This document shows, one piece after another, positions 36,105-48,112 of a stretch of DNA of 64,000 nt (positions are counted from its first letter, which is position 1; each line of letters opens with the position of its first letter). The notes below the pieces were generated by a model. It made no database searches. It had not been told where the DNA came from and saw nothing but the letters and a program-made list of their open reading frames with translations. Made by a program: the position numbers and the translations under genes. Source of the stretch: Podarcis filfolensis (Eukaryota); assembly GCA_964270895.1 (NCBI GenBank), contig OZ185444.1; one strand, 5' to 3'.

Positions 36105-37111
36105 CTTTTCTTTGTCCATTTTTTCAACCTTCTCCTTTTCTTCTTTCTTCTTCTTCTTCTCACTCTGGCCATCTGTATGGAATACAGGTGGCGGTGGAGG
36201 TGGAGGAGGAGGAGGGGCAGGAGCGGCAAACTGCGCACTGGTTGGAGAGACTGGGAGTGGAGCTGTTACTTCTGCTACTGCCAGTGAAGAGGAAAGCCCG
36301 GAAAGCCCAGAACTCTTCTTGGATTTGGAATGCTTCTTTTCCTTGTGTTTCTCCTTGTCCTTCTTCTTTTTGCTCTTCTTTGATTTCTTCTTCTTCTTTA
36401 TCTCCCGGTACGAATCATCAATTACTAGCTCTCCAGCTTCCAGTTCACCTCCAGAGGAAGAACCTGATTCCGCTTGTGGTTCCAGGCCTGAAAGCTCAAA
36501 TTCACTGCTTTGGCCTTCAGGGAAGAGGGGTGTGTCTGGGCTAAAGCTCTCAGCAGCTGGAGAGGGATGCGGCTCCTTCTCCAGTGGTTTGTGCTTCTTT
36601 CGGGATGATTTCGAAAAGCCGTGCGAATCATGACTTGGGAGAAATGATCCCTGTTCGTCCCGAGCTGACTTCTTAGAGGATTTCTTTGTGGCTGATGGAT
36701 GTGGAAAGGGCTCCTCCGTTGTGCTTCCCCCCTTCTCCTTAGGTGAGAGGATGAGTTTCATCTTTAAGCCATCAGGTTCACGCAAGGTCAACATTTCAGT
36801 GTTCACGTAGGGGGGCTTCACCTTTTTGGACTTGTGGAAAGTACTTTCATCCAAGGACAGGTCACTGCTACTGCCACTCAGTTTTTTCTTGTGGTGTTCC
36901 TTCTTGCCTTCTGAATGGCCAGAGGCAGAGAGTGAAGAATGAGATGACTTTTCAGATGTTTTCTTCGAGGACTTGGAGCTTGTGGCCAAAGGCGAGGTGA
37001 TGGCCTTAAGCAGATCCATGGCAGTGTCAGCAGAGGGTTGGCTTGTCACTACTTTTTTCCTCTTCTTTGCAGACGATTCCAAAGGCAGGGATAACTCAAA
37101 TGAAGAAAGTT
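36105..37111 (-). CDS. HMGXB4: HMGXB4 large coding exon (1007 nt; Lys/Ser-rich, DTAMDLLKAITSPL...LTLREPDGLKMKLILSPKEK...EAGELVIDDSYREIKKKKK)
   Basis: ORF 36027-37082 matches HMGXB4; ctttcag acceptor at 37111 and gtaaa donor at 36105; frame continuous. Confidence 0.97.
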
Positions 37112-37371
37112 CTGAAAGAGTTCAGGGAAGAAGGGTCAATGGAAGTATACCCAACAACAAACCCATCTTCACTTGCACAGCATCATAACTTCACGGCCTC
37201 ATGTCCGGGTGAAGATATTCGGTCTTGAACTGCTAAGAGCTATCCTACTGTAAATCAATTTTGGTTTATAAATCAGTGAGGCCAATTGGTGAGGCTGAAA
37301 TATAAGGACACATTGGATTTTAAGAGGCTATTTTGTTTCTGGTGTATTCAGTAATGGTTGGCAGCTCTTAC

Positions 37372-37401
37372 CTGACCTGTGAGTGGTGTCAGTGCAACGT
37401 T
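37372..37401 (-). CDS. HMGXB4: Candidate 30-nt in-frame cassette exon of HMGXB4 (adds ERCTDTTHRS)
   Basis: Acceptor ccacctcccctctcccag and donor CAG/gtaagag; phase 1-1 with no stop; lies between the 76-nt and 1007-nt exons. Confidence 0.55.
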
Positions 37402-37559
37402 CTGGGAGAGGGGAGGTGGCAGTGATAAACAAACACACTGACAGCTGATCTTGCCTCTTCTCCTATTGGTAAGCCAGTGACACCTGTGATGGGAGGCCAG
37501 GCATGAAAGTCGACTTACAAATAAGTTGGTGAGGCTTATTTGACAGCAACGCAAAACCA

Positions 37560-37812
37560 AGCCTCGACCAAGCCCTGTGGAATACCCTGCCAATAGATTC
37601 AGCAGCGCCTTCCGTTTCAACCTTTAAATGCCTGCTGAAAACCCTTCTATTCCACCAGGCTTATTCAAGCAATTCAGAATGCCTATTTCCATAACAGTTA
37701 GCTGATTTCTGACTTTTAAATTTTATTTGTTGTTTACTGTATGGTCTTATGTGTGACTGTTGTAAGCTACTCTGATAGTATTTATGAACAGTGGTATATA
37801 AATATTTTTATA
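37560..37812 (+). mobile_element. Degenerate L2 3' end
   Basis: Frame LWNTLPIDSAAPSVSTFKCLLKTLLFHQAY followed by an AT-rich tail. Confidence 0.55.
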
Positions 37813-38060
37813 AGTAAATGGAAATAAATTAGCTGTCAAGTGAATATGCAATATATACAGCTGCCTCCCTTTCACTGATTGGCCTCTCCCTTATCTATCT
37901 TTAGACTGGAAGCTTTGTAGGAAAGGACCTGGCCTCTCACTTTACCTCCAGGAAGCACAAAGCCTATTGGCAGAACCTTAGAAGTACAAACTGAACCTTA
38001 AAATCACCGCTCAACTTTTCTCCTTTGTCATATCCCTTCCTATGTTGCTTCCACTCTTAC

Positions 38061-38136
38061 CTCTGTAATAGTACTCATTGGAGTGCTTCCTCTTCTTCTT
38101 ATAAGTGTCTGTCCCCAGCAAGAAAATGTCACTTTC
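38061..38136 (-). CDS. HMGXB4: HMGXB4 coding exon (76 nt; ESDIFLLGTDTYKKKRKHSNEYYYR)
   Basis: gcag acceptor and gtaag donor; matches DSELYFLGTDTHKKKRKHS. Confidence 0.95.
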
Positions 38137-38900
38137 CTGCAAAAGAAGATAACAGCATTTTGGAAAGAAGAAAAAGAACCAAGTAATGAAGGCATATACA
38201 TAATCATTTCTAATACAGATGATCATAGAAGTCACATTAGCTAACAAATATGCTCTCTATGGCATGGCATTTCTGTGCTTTGAAACAGAAGATGGTCTGA
38301 GTTGCTATGTGAAATTTAGAAATGATACTCGCAAGAGAAAGCAGAACTTCCCTGTTTAAGAGCGGAAAACAACTTTTCCAAGCTGAAAATTTAGAAAAAA
38401 ACAAAAGCAAAGCTCAAATAATCACCTCTAGACTAATAGGAGAGATTTCAGGTCAAAAGAAAAGGAAAAGCTGTCTGTGTTAACATCCCCAGGGAATTGA
38501 ATGATAGATCACACCTCATTATTTTTCAGGCTACCTGCAGAATCAGGCAAACAACAACATATCAGTTTGCATCCTGCAACAATATAATGATGACCTATGC
38601 ATCCAAAAGAATAATTTCTATTCTGTAATGATCATTCAATCTCTAATTCAAACAGCAGTTTAAGATGAGTGGATGATAAAAAGTTACATTCATCTCATCC
38701 TATTTTTTAGAAGAAGGGGATACCATTTTATTGAACTTTCTAAAATAGGGAAATAGTATGATTTCTACATCTGTTTCTGTAACCCCAAGAATCCTGTTCT
38801 CTCATTTCTCTTAATCTGGCATTTACTACCAAGACAGCAGTCCAAATTGGGTGGGAGAGAGGCAAAGTTGGACTGGCAAGCTTTTCTCATACTCTCTTAC

Positions 38901-39046
38901 CTTCAGCCTCTTCTGTGAATTCTTCCTGACCTGAGCAGCTATCTCCTCCTCTTCTCGAAGAAGGTCCTTGTAGGAACGTTTCTTTTCTCGCTGGGTTCTG
39001 CCAGCTACTAGTCCCACACCATCAATTCGGTCACTCTCTAAGCAGT
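38901..39046 (-). CDS. HMGXB4: HMGXB4 coding exon (146 nt; CLESDRIDGVGLVAGRTQREKKRSYKDLLREEEEIAAQVRKNSQKRLK)
   Basis: ttcag acceptor and gtaag donor; matches HMGXB4. Confidence 0.96.
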
Positions 39047-39633
39047 CTGAAGGAGGAAATACTGGCGTGGTCAGAAATAATCAAGGCACGCTCTCACAAC
39101 TGTCACTGTGGCCAAAGATAAAACACAATGCACAAGAGGAAGCAAGCAGTCACATACACACACATACACACAATCTACTCACTACTGTAAAGCACTGCTC
39201 CAAACCTTTAGGGAAATGCTTTAGGCTGCCATATCAAAGGCTGAAGTTTTATTCCTACTCTTGGGTTTTCCCCCCTTGGATAGCAAGAACTGAAAAGGCT
39301 TCTCAGCCAAATGAGGACCTAGGTATCAGTGTTGTGCTGTGTTGAAGGTCTGGATCCAGTCCCCAATCCAATTATAATTCTACGGAGCTGACAAGGGTTA
39401 GGAAGTGTTGCTTGTGGCCAAGCCTGATAAAAATTAATCAGCACTTTGGAGCTTGTGAGACTCATGTTTCAATCCAGGTACACTTAACTTTCTGAGTACA
39501 AGGGAGGGATCTGGAATGCTGCAGAAACCCAATCCATGCAGGACACTGGCTTTCTTTCTTAGTCTCTCACTCCACGGACTGGGGGGGGTTGTATTTTCCT
39601 CGTAACACCTCTCAGACTATGAAACAATCCTAC

Positions 39634-39664
39634 CTTCTTTTTTCTTGGAGTCATCATAAGCCAT
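39634..39664 (-). CDS. HMGXB4: HMGXB4 first coding segment (31 nt; MAYDDSKKKE); the exon including 5' UTR spans 39634-39739
   Basis: ACCACCATGG Kozak context; gtagg donor; acceptor ctctgtttcttag at 39739; matches MAYDDSVKKE. Confidence 0.95.
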
Positions 39665-41675
39665 GGTGGTCCTGCAGGGGCCTGGGAATGTGTTGCCACG
39701 CCTGGGCTCCTTCCCCCGTTCCCGTCTACAGGACAAGGTCTAAGAAACAGAGAATGAGAATAACCCTCCCATAAAGTGGAATCATAATGCAGAAAGGGAC
39801 TGAATGAAGATTTTTTTTTAAAGAATGAAATGGGAAGCAGGAGGGTGAAGTGGTGTGCCTTCTCAGCAGTTTATCTTTATCCTCCAGACATTCCAAGGCT
39901 TGGAGAAAGATCCCAGATTCAGCACAGTTTGGTTTAGGTGATTTTCATGTTAAAAGGCAGGAGAGGAATGTTTTTCAAGGTGAGAACCAAGCCTCTGTTC
40001 CACTAGTTTTAAACAGATTAACACCATGTGATCTTTTTCAATGAAACACAAGGACAGTGACCAAATAACTATATTGGGCTTTTGTATTGTTACAATATGT
40101 TCAGGGTGAGTACTGTATTGAATCCTGCATTTTTTAAAGGAAAGTGTGTAAGAGCCATGGAGGTGAGGGAATGAGAGTTTTATAATCTCTTATTCTAGGA
40201 TAAAGTGAATTGACTGGAGAGAAGAATTTAATTTTTCAGTCCTGTGTGATGTTCAATGATATCAAACTTTAGAGGCTAGTGATGGTGTAGCAATAGTAGG
40301 CATTAGTCCTATTATTCCCACAGGTGTTGTTCAGAGTACCAAACTGGGGAAGGAAAAGGGAAGGAAAAGGAGGAGAAAGAGAGAAGACTGAAAGAAGCAG
40401 TCCTTTTTCCAGGGCCTCTGCAGCATTTCCAGTCTATGTCACCTCAGATGCTCAGGATTTCCCCAACCTGCCTCAGGAAGGATACTGATTCAGGAAGTGG
40501 GGCACTTACTATTTCTGTTCTTGAATAATGCTTTATCCCCCTTAAAATGACAGACATGCAATATCTCTCAAAGCATAGTTGTGCAGTTTTTATTTTGAGT
40601 CTCACAATAATTTAAAAAGATTCAGCTCCTGAATAAACATGATATCCCCTGTATAAACCATTTGAATTTTGAATGCATTTATACACAGCTGTCATAAAAA
40701 TGCTGAATTAAAGCATAGGTTCTTAAAAAGGGGGAGTTTTGACCTCCTTATAGTAATGTATTTGACAAATAATACAAAAATACAAGATGTTAACCAATGT
40801 CAGCTGTTAGAGATATTAATGTAAACTAGTGGGTTAAGTTCCTGAAGAATATTTCAACCTGTGAATGGAATATTTCATCTGATGAAGAAGACTTTGAAGA
40901 AAAGTTATCTGCATATTAGAATTCCCTCATTAATTGTTTATGATGCATTCATAACAAATTCACTAACAGAATAAAGGGAGCTCAGAAACCTTGCTTTTGC
41001 ATATAAGCTAGAAAACAAGCCTCTGTTTCTTCATGTACCGTACTCAAAGGTCAGGCCTCACACAGACAAACATACAATAAGCTGTAACTCAGCAGAATTG
41101 GTCCCTGTACAAAACAGGGCTCCCCGGTTATAAGCAGAAAGGACTGGACGATTTACAGGATTGACAACTCAATTCTATAGCATAGAATTATTTAGCAGTA
41201 GGTGGGCTTGAACAAAGTAGGATTTACTTCTGAGTAAACACTTGGAGGAGGACGCTGCAAGTTCTGTAAAAATGGGTGTTCATGAACAGCACTTGCAAGT
41301 TACCTCTCAAGTGATTTTAACAACCCCAAGCAATTTAATTTTGTTACATCATGCAACCATCTTTCATAGGAATACTTCCGAGGCTTCCAACTTGCCAGTA
41401 GTGGATAGGCTATCAAGCATTTAACTACAATGGTTATCAGCAACAGTTTTAAATGGCATGGTGCCTGGAGGAGTGGTATACCACAGGCAGTACGGGAACA
41501 GTATCGCCCAGACGATGAAGTCCACACAGGCGTTGGTTATTTATGTGAAGAAAGGCATCCACCCATTACTCTACTGCAAGGGACTTACGAAGGCGCATGG
41601 TTTTATAAGATCAGAAACGGGCAACTTATGTTTCCAGCGTTATTCTCCTAACAGCTCTACTGTATTTGTTCATAC

Positions 41676-41808
41676 GTCTGGGTTAGCTTAGTTGGCAGAG
41701 CATGAGACTCTTAATCTTGGGGACATGGGTTCGAGCCCCAGTTGGGCAAAAGATTCCTGCATTGCAGGGCTGTTGGACTCTTGGTCCCTTCCAACTCTAC
41801 AATTCTAC
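41676..41808 (+). mobile_element. tRNA-Lys(CTT)-derived SINE with CR1-like tail
   Basis: Head gtctgggttagcttagttggcagagcatgagactcttaatctt...gggttcgagcccc continues into agattcctgcattgcagg...ggtcccttccaactctac. Mismatched stems argue against a functional tRNA. Confidence 0.85.
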
Positions 41809-42199
41809 TAGCAAGCGTCTGAATATTAGGGCCAGCAGATGCTTCTTATTTCCTGACACCCAAGCCCTTGTGGAGCACCACAGCCCATGCAGCAAGTCCT
41901 GGGCCAGCTCTTTACTCTTGACCTGGAGCCCAACCATGCCCTGCTGCTTCCTTCTGGCCGGGTCAATGCCTGCATTTCTCCCCCATTCAGCACCAGCCTG
42001 CCACCATCCCTTCATTCATTCATTCTGGGCATCCAATCGAAGCTCCACAAAGGCCTCCGAGTTCGGAGCCCGGCAGCGGAGCACATTCCGGCTTGACACC
42101 ACAGAAGGATGCCAGAGATCCAGGAACAACAACACCCCTTTTGTCTGGGGAAATCAAATAAAGTAGTTTTAAGAAGTAGGGAGGATCGTTTCCATCGCT

Positions 42200-42970
42200 C
42201 CCGACAAAGGACAATGCCTCGATTATTATCGCCCCAGTGGCCGGAAAACAGCAGCGGGCGGAGCCTGCGGGCCGCTGCACGGAGCAGCATCCGAACCCAG
42301 AGCTAGCAAGAGCAGCGACCAAGCCCGCGTCGCCGGCCGCTTCCTCACCTGCGGCTGCTGCTGCGGCTGCCCATTTCTGAACTGCACCTGGTCCAAGCGG
42401 CGCAGCGACGCCCTCTGTCGGCAAAACCCGCTCGCCCCCGGGCTGCCCAGCCACCACGCCCACTGCGCATGCGCACCCGCCCCTCGAGGGGGTGGGGGCA
42501 AGGACCCCGCGCGACCCCTTTCCCGCCTCCTCAGTTTGAACTGGCCCCGGCCGTTGGCCGCCCTGTGGCCCCTCGCCCTTCGCGCGCTCACCCCAGGCGG
42601 GCTTCAGAAGCCTCCGGAACGGGGAGGAGGGATTTGTCGACGCAGCGAGTGGCGGCGGGCAGATAACGGAGCGACCTGCCCCCTCCCGGCAGAAGGTTGC
42701 CTTCCCTCCCCCGCGGCGGAAGGGGGTGGGGGAGCGGCCAGCCTCAGATCGCCTCGCCGCTTCGAGCGGCCGCCATCTTGGTGTGGGAAAAGGACGCCCG
42801 CCAGTTTCAGCCGCTAAGGCGAAGCAGCCGAGCGCCGAGCTCCTCCGCTCTCGACGCCGTTAAGAGAGCAGAGGCTGGAACCTGGCGCCGAGTGCATCGA
42901 TTTGCCAGGTGTTTGGGCTTCTGCGAGCGAAGTACAAAAGCCGGTGCTCAGGATGCTATCGAGCGGCGGT
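42200..42970. promoter_or_regulatory. HMGXB4: HMGXB4 CpG-island promoter with NRF1 palindrome TGCGCATGCGCA (42464-42475) and YY1 motif CAAGATGGCGGC (minus, 42768-42779); non-coding first-exon donors at 42349 and 42592
   Basis: Very GC/CpG-rich; motifs and donors (CAG/gtgagg, GGG/gtgagc) read directly; TSS positions inferred. Confidence 0.75.
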
Positions 42971-45900
42971 TCTAGGACCCTTTTGAGTTGCGATTTTTAT
43001 TCTTCAGAAAATAATAAAAGCAAATGTATATCTGAATCTGGGGAGCCTGCAGTTCAATCCTAGGCATGCCTGCTCGGAATCAAGTCCCCGTATATGTACA
43101 GAAATGGGACTTTCCCCCCTAGGTTTTGTGCAGAATTTCGGTAACTACAGTTGAATACAGTGGAATTTGCTTCCTAGTAAACCTGTGTAGCGTTGCCCGT
43201 TCTTAAATACGTGAATACAAAGAGGCATTTGCTAGTGATTTGTCTTTTTGTTTAATTAAAGGCTTCCTCGTGTACCTAGACGGCAGTTGGCGGTGTGGCA
43301 TTGGTCTCACTACGATTCTCAAAGGAGGTTTAAGCAGTTATGTATAGGGGGAAACAGGGAACTCAACATTAGTCCAATTTGTGATCAGCTCTTAATTGGA
43401 TCAGGACGTGGCGCAGGTATGGGAAAATAAGAGGAAGGAATAATTTAACCTGAACTCTCAGGCATACTACGTTTCCCTTGGTGTCCAATAAGAGAATGTT
43501 AGCGCCCCCTTTTTTCAATCAAGTGTTCACCCAGTGTTTACACTCTGTTGGGGTTCACCACTGTTGTTACTCAAAACTGAAAAATGTTTACAAAAAGATG
43601 AAATGTGTTAGGAAAAAAAGAAAAAAGGGAGAGCACAAATTTGCACATCCTGATTTATATATATCTATGCACTTCTCAAAACAAGTACTGTACTACAATT
43701 TATATTGAAATGCAAGACATTTCACCATAGTGGAGAAGACTGTGACCTAGGAGCATGCTTAGCCTGCTGTCCAGCTTCTAACATTCAGTGGGCAACTTCA
43801 GGACCTCTCCCTCCTTTCTGATAGTTCTTTATCTTTAATCTGAGTTGGACGAAATAGTCCTTTAAATAGAGGACTCATCAAATGGAGGACTGGCCTGACA
43901 GTCATTCATTGCCTATTATCTCTTATGAGCACAACCCTGAAGGACAGTTTTCATAGGGGCTATTTTTAGGGAAATGATGTCATGGGCCAAATTTGGCACA
44001 CTCGAAGGCCAAAATTGACCCATGGGCTGGAGGTTCTTTACCCTGGGATAATATAATCCACTATTATTTACCTGTCAGTTTTCCCCTTAAAACCACTTCT
44101 GCCTTTGTTTATCATGTAAGCAAATCCAGAACTGCTTCAAATTACAAGGGCTATGTAGACAAGCTCTCAATAAACACAAGTGCAGGAAGCAATTCTAGCA
44201 TTAGAGGCTGAAGGAAGTGTATTTTGTATCACATTTGAAAACCAGGATGATGATGACATAGAAAAGACAGACATATGATTAGTGAATAGGGGCAGGGAAT
44301 GTGTAGAAAGCTTTTCTCTCTGCTTCCAAGAATTAGGCATAAATGTACTTCCTTTGAAGGTTAGTTATTATAGCAAATGGTTTAGAGGCATGTTTAGGTT
44401 GCGTTCCAGATTGTATGTGGGTGTGAGAAAGCATATGTTTTCCTTTCAGTCTTAATCATAGAAATGTCTCGTTTCTTTGAAGGAAATGAATTTTAGTCAT
44501 TAGAATTCAAATCACTTTGCTACATGAAGTTACTGAAATGCTGTCTATATCACACACAAAGCTTACATGATGAGCTCACTTTTTGCTCCTCTAGTTTCAC
44601 AGAAGTGTTTTGAAAATTCTATTATGTGTCTTCCAAGCCAAATTATGAAAATGAGTGACACAGGCTATGTCACTATTGCAGCAACATCACAGAGAGTGGC
44701 TTCCTACATTTAGCAACTCTACGTTGCAATTCTGTTGCAAATACATAATGAAAGGTTATTTCCAAATAAAATGCACATAGACACATGCTGACATATGTGA
44801 CTTCAGAAAGTCTTTGGACAACTAATACCGTTTTGTAACTAAGCCAAAGTACACATAATGGAAATAATCACATATCCTCCCCCCAACGCTTATCTCCACT
44901 TCCCTTCTCTTGCTTCTCTATGTCTGTTTTTCTCCTGGGGTGGGGATCTGACCTGTTCTTTATGAAGTGCCATGTATGTATTGATGCCACTAAATAGATT
45001 ATATGGCAGGTATATCTGTACCTGCAAAAGGACAATTTTGAGCATTATAGTGTGCTCCCAGTTGATCCTCTGCAAGTAGGAGTTGAATTCAGCATCTTTT
45101 AAATTTGTCACCAAATACAAGCTCTGCCAGGTGTTTAGGAGCTCCTGATCAGGGCTTCTAAATGCATCTGATCCCAACCACAAGTTGGACTTGCTTAAGG
45201 TGCTGAATTTAAGTTTAGCACTGCATACAAGCCCTGCTGGAGTTAGCTGCATGTGGGAAATTGCACATTTCCTACATGCAGCTGACTGAGGGCAGCTGAT
45301 CCCTGCCACAAGCAATAGTTTGCCCTTTTGGTTTATGCACTGCTATTTTAAGTTCCAGTGTCAGTTAATGAAAGGTAAATCCCTTGGCTATCGTAGGTTT
45401 GAGAACCGGAACAGAGTCCAGTTTAAGTTTCAATAACATTCGTAGATGATTACTGAGGGAAATTCCATTGAATTCAGTCAAATTTTCTTTTGAGTAAATA
45501 TACCTAGAATAGAGCTGCTAGCTAGCATGATACACTTCCATCCAAACTTGCACTTTCACTGTAAAACTGGTATATCAATTTCCATCTGTGTAAAGCCATA
45601 TTTTATTATGTGCTGCAGCAAAACAGTTTTACACTCTTCCACAAGTATCAAATCAGCTTGAGAGGCTTTTGGATCTGCTCCTTCAATAACACTGCTCCTC
45701 TCTTATTCCACCACAATAATAGTGCTTTTTTTTAGTTTGCTTATTTATTTTCCATTCTGTAATTGTTTCTGGTTGAAGAAACCTGAAGAAAAGATTATGA
45801 TGACTAATAGATTTGCACATTATCAATGCTCAAACACCCCCATAAACTGCTCTAGTAAAATTAGTAGGATGAGCAGCTGTTGTCATGCTTTTATTCCAAT

Positions 45901-46384
45901 GACAACAGTAAATGAATTTTAAGGCTTTGTTCACATAGAATTTGTCTATAATATTCAGAGAGGCAAGCAGCTAACTGAGCACAAGAACAGCAAATCTTAG
46001 GAAGAGGAGGAGGCAGAAAGGAGGAAAACAGATTTTCCCTTCCATTCTGGGTATGTACATCTCTACTTGAGATAAGGCAGCACAGCACCTGTTACCTTGT
46101 CTTATCAATATACAGCTATCATGATATTTTCTTAATTTGCATTCTTCATTCTTACCTGAAAAATTTAATTTTAAAGAAATCATTCACAAATGTTCCCTGG
46201 GCTCAGTAGCCAGTTGTTTCTAGTAGCCAATGAAACTAAACTTTCTCACTTTCTATATATTTTATTTCCTTCATCTACATATTCCCTTCCCATAGACCAT
46301 GCTTACAGCCTAAGATCTGTGATACAAGAAGGAAAAGCAAAAAGCAAATTCATGTTCCAACTTTTTCATAATACATCATCATGG

Positions 46385-46690
46385 ACTGGGCATCACGCGG
46401 GTGGGCTGGGGAAACCCAGCCAGATGGGTGGGGTATAAATAATATTATTATTATTATGGGCAGCCAAATGGCAATGGGGCCCAGCTGAGCCAGTGGAGAG
46501 GTCCTTGCATAAGGAGTTGCCTTATAACACATTGCACCATTGGTCAATCTAGCTCAGTATTGTCTACACTGACTGGCAGTGGGTTTCCCTGGTTTCAGAC
46601 AAGAATATTTCCCATACCCACTTGGAGATGCTGGGGATTGACTTTGGGCTTTTCTGCAGGCAAATCATGCACTCTGCTGCAGAGCTATAG
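46385..46690. mobile_element. L2 tail (+) adjacent to a tRNA-derived SINE fragment (-)
   Basis: ggctggggaaacccagccagatgggtgggtataaat(att)n, then ccattggtcaatctagctcagtattgtctacactgactggcag...ggggattga. Confidence 0.55.
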
Positions 46691-48060
46691 TCTTTCTCGG
46701 TGTTTCACCTCTTGCTCTGATGCAGGAAGATTGAAGAACTACTGACATTCTGTAGCAGCAAAGTAAGTGTCTGACAACAGAGGTGTTGTACAATCTCACC
46801 CCTCCAGTCTGTGACTGTTACTGTATTTGCTTACAAGGCACAGTTGTATTGGCTGAGTGAGCTTCGGAATAGATTTAGGATAGGTTTAAAGCTTGCAACC
46901 CACCAAGCCAAATGCAGCGTAACCTTGCACTGTGGTCTGCTAATTGCTTGAAGGTTCCCAGTGTCTACATCAAAAATGGGATTTTCTAGGCCTAGCGAAA
47001 AGGTATGTGCAGGAAGCGTATATGTGTACAGTACACACATACCTATTTGGAGGACCTAGTAATATGAGAGTGCTGTCTCTGAAATATAACAATCAAATTC
47101 TACCTTTGGAAATAGACAAAGTGGTAGTCTTCTGCCCTGTGAAAACCAGTGAATCCATTTTGCACTGGAAGTCAACTGGTACTGTCTAATTATGGCAATG
47201 TATATGCAGTGTTTCCAGTTATCTCTGTTCTTGATCAATGCCACATTCAGCTCCTTCAGGGCAACTTGGAATAGATTTAATCGTGCCTAGATTTTCTTAT
47301 TTTACTCATGTCATAAAATGTATATATTGCTTGATTGTAAAAACTCAGCGTGGTTTACAAAGAGAAAAAAGTGAAAAGCAAATATTTAAATAATTCAAAA
47401 AATTAATATCAGCAATAAACAAAAAATAGATGCACATGCCATCTCTATTGGGGGGCACAACGGAAAGGGCCTTTTTGCAGTGGCCCCACATTTCTGGAAT
47501 ACTTTACCAGCTGTGCTTTGGTAGACCCTATCACTTCAAGATTTTATGATAATCCTTGCTTATGTGTGCTTTTCTCAAATGTGTTCTTGCTTTTTAAAAA
47601 TAGTTTTAAAAAATATTATTTGAGCTGGTTGGTTTATTTTCCCCAACTTCTAATTATTGTATTGTATTGCATTTGAACTTTATAGCATCTTGGGTCGTTT
47701 TTTAAACCTTAAAGGTGGCATAGAAATATTTTAAAGGGGGAAAAATCATGCTTATGCACATGGCCCATTGGTGGTGCTGTTAACCAAGGTTTCTACTCCT
47801 CTGTCTCTTACACTGCAGTTCTGATTAGAATCACACACTTTCTTCCCTGCCACAGTTGCCTAACGTATAATCACAGCAAGACACAAACGCCCTTCCAAAC
47901 ACTGAAAGTCTGCATTAAACATGAAAGTGTGCATTAAACATGAACCAGCCCTACTGAGTAAAGATTCCTTTTAAAGCAAATATATGTTTCCCCACTATAT
48001 TACTGTGATATTGGTCTTTTTCCCTCAATTTCCTCGTTTAACTAGATTTCAGATACTGGG

Positions 48061-48112
48061 AAATTAGTTGGTCTTTAAGGTGCTACTGGAAGGGAAAAAA
48101 TTTTTTTGTTTT
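48061..48112 (+). mobile_element. Penelope pseudo-LTR fragment
   Basis: ttagttggtctttaaggtgctactggaagg is the reverse complement of 18998-19027. Confidence 0.7.

Noticed and set aside
36042-36633. Plus-strand ORFs up to 184 aa
   Set aside because: Antisense to the low-complexity large HMGXB4 exon.
41676-41748. tRNA-Lys(CTT) gene
   Set aside because: Acceptor and T stems are mismatched, and the sequence runs into a CR1-like SINE tail shared with copies at 12883 and 22806; called a SINE.
44890-45315. 141-aa minus-strand ORF
   Set aside because: Non-ATG start, no codon bias, no recognisable domain and no supporting exon partners.
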